Positions 34,095 to 37,659 of a DNA stretch of 37,659 nt are shown here, piece after piece. The DNA is from a virus. Its lineage: Duplodnaviria; Caudoviricetes. The number at the start of each line of letters is the position of its first letter. Position 1 is the first letter of the stretch. The notes beneath the pieces are model-generated. The model saw only the letters and a list, made by a program, of their open reading frames with translations, was not told the DNA's origin and did no database searches. The DNA is taken from IMG/VR virus record IMGVR_UViG_3300017778_001501, positions 1-37,659 of that record; one strand, 5' to 3'. The translations under genes and the position numbers were made by a program.

Positions 34095-34132
34095 AAAAAA
34101 GTGGGGCGACGTTAGGAGAACCGCCGCCCCAC
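34095..34132 (-). terminator. Intrinsic terminator after the major capsid gene
   Basis: Minus strand gtggggcggcg-loop-cgtcgccccac followed by tttttt. Confidence 0.8.
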
Positions 34133-34139
34133 CCACCTC

Positions 34140-35402
34140 TTACGGCTGGCCGAAGAGGATCACACCGTTCATCTGCGGGTTGGTATTTACCACCCCGTAA
34201 AGAACGTCGAGAGTGTAAAGGCTGGTGAAGGTCGAGTTATCGAACTTCTTGCCCATCACAACCTCAAGGCCCTGATCGGTCGTGCCGCGCATGATATCCA
34301 CGCCCTGACCATCCGGCACAGCGTAACGGCCCGGAAGCAGTTCGACGCTGTCCTTGAACCAGAACGGGTTCGCACCAGACGCGTTGTCGTTCAGCCAGTT
34401 GATCGCCGCAGTGCCGCTGGTCGAAGCGACGTTGATGTTCTTGTATGCCAGTTCCGCCGCAGTAGGCGAAGAGTTGGCACCGATCATCGGCGGCGAGATC
34501 GTCATGGTCGTGCCGGTGTCAACCGAGATCACGCGGAAGGTACGAAGCTGGCCCGTGCTTTCCTTCGTAATCATGTGAACGGCTTCAATACCGGCGATGG
34601 TGAAGGTATCGCCAGCAACCACGTTGGTCGTGCTGGAAACGGTCACGGTTTGATAGCGGTTGTCAACGTTGTTACCGTTGGCATCCACGTTGTCCGGAAC
34701 GTAGCGAACCTGCGCACCGTTGGTTGCAATGGTGATGGAGCCACCACCAGCCGCAGCCGGAATGCGCTTGCCTGCGTCGATCTTGTAGGTCTCGAAGCCT
34801 GCAACCATGCCGACATACGAACGCTCGTAAGCCGAGATGGTCTTGTTCGCCACGAGGTTCTGGCGACCCGCCAGGTTGCCCGCAAGGCCGTTGTAATCGC
34901 GCGTGGTAAGCGCGAGGTAACGATCACCTTCAGGAACGCCCTGCTCGTTCATCATGCTCTCAGCAAGCGCGATGTCGTCATAGTCACCGGCAGCGCCAGT
35001 GATCGGAACGACAAGCGTGCCCTGAAGCGACACAACGTCACGCACCTTGGTGTTGATGTCCGAAGCGAGACGCTGATAAGCGGCCTTGCCAAGACGGCCT
35101 TCCTGAAGCGCATCGCGAAGTTCAAGAGCGTTCATGTCCCACGAAACGTTCTTCTTTTCGGTCAGGCGCGAGGGAACCGAAAGCTGCGTCACATTCTGCG
35201 GAGTAACCGCCGAACCCACGGTGCGGGTCTGGCTGTTCAGGATGTAGGGCATCGGACGCCAGATCGTATCGTTGGCGCGCTCCATGAGCTGACCATCGGT
35301 GCCGAACTTGGCGACATTGCGGGAAATCACGAGAGCGTCGTTGAAGCCCTCAAGAATCTGCTCGAACGCAACGCGTTCTTCTTTCGAAAAATTGTTAGCC
35401 AT
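34140..35402 (-). CDS. Major capsid protein, P22 gp5-like (420 aa)
   Basis: MANNFSKEERVAFEQILEGFNDALV...MERANDTIWRPMPY...AYQRLASDIN...GDTFTIAG...LYGVVNTNPQMNG; GGAG SD before ATG 35402. Confidence 0.93.
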   Translation of the reverse strand: MANNFSKEERVAFEQILEGFNDALVISRNVAKFGTDGQLMERANDTIWRPMPYILNSQTRTVGSAVTPQNVTQLSVPSRLTEKKNVSWDMNALELRDALQEGRLGKAAYQRLASDINTKVRDVVSLQGTLVVPITGAAGDYDDIALAESMMNEQGVPEGDRYLALTTRDYNGLAGNLAGRQNLVANKTISAYERSYVGMVAGFETYKIDAGKRIPAAAGGGSITIATNGAQVRYVPDNVDANGNNVDNRYQTVTVSSTTNVVAGDTFTIAGIEAVHMITKESTGQLRTFRVISVDTGTTMTISPPMIGANSSPTAAELAYKNINVASTSGTAAINWLNDNASGANPFWFKDSVELLPGRYAVPDGQGVDIMRGTTDQGLEVVMGKKFDNSTFTSLYTLDVLYGVVNTNPQMNGVILFGQP

Positions 35403-35515
35403 GGGAATCTCCACATATGGCGAGAACGGAAAAGGGCTTATGCCCGGTTCGGAACTCGCCTATTCGGGAAAGGCGGCTACCCATGGACTGCGCATTTATA
35501 GCCGCGCGAAGGCTG

Positions 35516-35553
35516 ATAGGGCGGATGCTATCACACAACCGCCCTATGTGCAA
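35516..35553 (-). promoter_or_regulatory. Capsid promoter with a 9-bp inverted repeat
   Basis: TTGCAC (35553-48) -17- TAGCAT (35530-25); atagggcgg/ccgccctat inverted repeat at 35516-24 and 35539-47. Confidence 0.65.
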
Positions 35554-35628
35554 CTACCGCCAATAGCTGTCGTCGTTGGCGATGATGAGGCAGGTGATGC
35601 TCATGATTGCGAGCCAGAGCGTTGTCAT
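35554..35628 (-). CDS. Possible 24-aa hydrophobic peptide
   Basis: MTTLWLAIMSITCLIIANDDSYWR; ATGA-coupled to the scaffold stop. Confidence 0.35.
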   Translation of the reverse strand: MTTLWLAIMSITCLIIANDDSYWR

Positions 35629-36446
35629 GCCGCCTTGCTCCGCTTGTAGGCCATCACCTTGGAGAAGTCGCCAGTCTTGGCGGCTTCCTCGCGCAACCGC
35701 TCCAGCGTGTTATCCGTGCTGACAACACCAGTGCCAGTAGCTACGTTGACTGAACGCTCAGGGGCCACGGCAGGCTTGCGGGTTGCTTTCACGCTCATCT
35801 CCAGTCGAACGGCTTCCGCCACGAATTCGGCGTAATCCTTAATGCCTGCCAGTGCAGCCGCCTTGGCCGGGTTCTTGCCCAATGCGTAGACAAGCGTAGG
35901 CGCGTCCTTGGCCACCTTGATAAGCAGACCCTGCTGCGTAGTGTCGAACGTGTCTTGAACGAAGGCTTCGGCGTCATCGTAATCAGGGACCGGCAGCTTG
36001 GCCTTGGCTTCCTGATAGCTCGCAACCTTGGCTTCCCATGCTTGGTTGGCCGCGCGCTGCGCTTCCTCTGCCTCGCGCTGCGATGCCTCGACCTTGGCCT
36101 TGTCCTGATACCAGGCTTCTAGCGCGCTCTCGAATGCGCTTTCGTCATAGTCGCAGCCCTCAAGCGTAGGCTTTGCGCCAAGCTTGGGAGCATCGGGTGC
36201 AGGTGCGCTTGCGGCCTCAAGTTCCTTGACCCGGCGCTGAAGCTCGCGCTTCTCTTTCTCGCGCTCCCGGTCACGCTTGCGAAGTTCCTGCACCCATGCC
36301 GGGGCCTTGGCAACTTCGTCCTCAGAGACTTCACCGTCTGGCTCTTCGTCACCGATCTGGACGACTAGCGGGCCTTCCTCCTCAACCGGCTGCGGCTCCT
36401 CGACGGTTTCAATGGTCTGTTCGATTACCTCTTGCTCTTCGTCCAT
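35625..36446 (-). CDS. Scaffolding protein, P22 gp8-position
   Basis: Acidic N-terminus, coiled coils, KPTLEGCDYD, C-terminal LERLREEAAKTGDFSKVMAYKR; between portal and coat. Confidence 0.85.
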   Translation of the reverse strand: MDEEQEVIEQTIETVEEPQPVEEEGPLVVQIGDEEPDGEVSEDEVAKAPAWVQELRKRDREREKEKRELQRRVKELEAASAPAPDAPKLGAKPTLEGCDYDESAFESALEAWYQDKAKVEASQREAEEAQRAANQAWEAKVASYQEAKAKLPVPDYDDAEAFVQDTFDTTQQGLLIKVAKDAPTLVYALGKNPAKAAALAGIKDYAEFVAEAVRLEMSVKATRKPAVAPERSVNVATGTGVVSTDNTLERLREEAAKTGDFSKVMAYKRSKAA

Positions 36447-36459
36447 GCTTTGCGCCCTC

Positions 36460-37659
36460 CTAAGCGCCTAGTTGCGTGCCTAGCGCCGCCATAATCTCGG
36501 CAGTCTCGGCACGTGTCTTTTCCGCATCCGCAATGGACTTGGCAGTGTCAGCCTGCGCCTTATCCGCAAGCGCCTGTTCCTTTTCAGCCGCTGCTGCAAG
36601 GTAAACCGCGTTAGGATCGGGCTGGCCCTGCTCCTGAGCAGCCGCTTCCATCTGCGCACGCTCTTCCTCGTTCGGCTCGATCACGCCCATGCCGACAAGC
36701 TGCTTGCGGTAGTAGTTGTTGACATCGCCCAGGCCTTCGCCCTCGACGTTCATGAGGATCAGCGCAGTCAGCACCTTGGCATCCTGCGGGTCTTGCGCCA
36801 TCGGCAGAAGGCCAGACAGCGCACGCACCATTGCGTCACGGCGCGAGGTGAAGGACGGCCCAACGTCGGACACAACATCCAAGTCTGCCGCGCCTAGATC
36901 GTTCTTGAGGACTTCCTTGCCTGTTTCATCGAGGACCGGCTTGGCAAGCTCCACGCTGGAAATGTCGCCGCGCTCGCCCACGCTCTTCATCGCGCGGCCT
37001 TCCTCGACGTAAATCTCCTTGGCCATCGAAAGCCAAATCTCGCCGCAGCGGCGCATGCTCTTGGCAAAGTTGCTCATGTAGATGAACGACTGCATGTCGA
37101 GGCGCTGCTGGATCATCTCGACAGCCTTGCCTGAGATGTTCGACACCACCTGCTCCGCGCCTTGGTTCATGCCGAGAATCTCGTTCATGTCCGCGCCGCA
37201 CTGGGTAATCAGCGCCGCAAGCGCTTGCGGAATGTCGGGAGCCTCGATGTAGCCAACCGGGCCAGCCGGGGCCATGCTGCCATCGGGCTGGATCATGGAG
37301 TTGACGCGAAGGAACGGCAGGTTCTTGATGTTCGCTTCGGACCATTCCTGCTGCAAGCCTGCAATCTGCTCGCTGGCAAAGATAGGCTTGCGGGTGGGCG
37401 AGATCGCCGCGATGTCAGCCAGTAGGCTAATCATCATGTTGTAAATGCGCTGCGCATCCTTGGCCAAGCGCACGATACCCATGCAGCGCTCGATGTTATC
37501 AACGAACCAGCGCTTGCCGTAGACCGGGATGATCGTAATATTCTTGCCCGCGATGTGGCCGCAATCCTCAAGGATACGCGCGCCGTTCAGGATGTACTTG
37601 CGGACCTTGCGGCGCTTGATCTTGCGCGCCTTGACCTCGATCACCCCCTTCCCAGCTAG
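36460..37659 (-). CDS. Portal protein, C-terminal part (continuation of 960..1)
   Basis: IIPVYGKRWFVDNIERCMGIVRLAKDAQRIYN, SNISGKAV, DVGPSFTSRR, helical barrel tail. Confidence 0.93.
   Translation of the reverse strand, partial: LAGKGVIEVKARKIKRRKVRKYILNGARILEDCGHIAGKNITIIPVYGKRWFVDNIERCMGIVRLAKDAQRIYNMMISLLADIAAISPTRKPIFASEQIAGLQQEWSEANIKNLPFLRVNSMIQPDGSMAPAGPVGYIEAPDIPQALAALITQCGADMNEILGMNQGAEQVVSNISGKAVEMIQQRLDMQSFIYMSNFAKSMRRCGEIWLSMAKEIYVEEGRAMKSVGERGDISSVELAKPVLDETGKEVLKNDLGAADLDVVSDVGPSFTSRRDAMVRALSGLLPMAQDPQDAKVLTALILMNVEGEGLGDVNNYYRKQLVGMGVIEPNEEERAQMEAAAQEQGQPDPNAVYLAAAAEKEQALADKAQADTAKSIADAEKTRAETAEIMAALGTQLGA
37537..37659. repeat. 123-bp direct terminal overlap (copy 2)
   Basis: Identical to 1-123. 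Confidence 0.97.

Noticed and set aside
37537-37659. 123-bp repeat as a biological terminal repeat or att site
   Set aside because: It lies in the middle of the portal gene and is an exact end-to-end overlap, typical of a circular assembly

Overview
The window is a complete, circularly permuted dsDNA tailed-phage genome of about 37,536 bp: bases 1-123 repeat exactly at 37537-37659 and the join falls inside the portal gene. The virion module is P22-like (podovirus) and lies on the minus strand: TerS, PBSX-type TerL, portal, scaffold, coat, gp4, gp10, needle/fibre genes, a GNAT protein, three ejection proteins and a tailspike. It is followed by a lysis cassette (GH108 endolysin, holin candidates, Rz with embedded Rz1) and an HTH-metallophosphoesterase. 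The replication module has a Toprim primase-helicase, a GTAC-iterated putative origin, a Sak4-like ATPase, a DUF669-like SSB, a Cas4-like nuclease, an inserted EndoVII-type endonuclease, an SF2 helicase and a VRR-NUC nuclease. I found no integrase, DNA or RNA polymerase, tRNA or CRISPR array. The most unusual element is a lower-GC, translationally coupled ibrB(ParB-like)-orf142-ibrA(PAPS-reductase/PP-loop) cassette followed by a DnaA-domain-IV gene. It sits behind a terminator and an SD-sequestering hairpin and is a candidate phage DNA-modification or anti-defence system. Family assignments come from motif recognition only, with no database searches, and GC figures are by-eye samples. An alphaproteobacterial host is a low-confidence inference.
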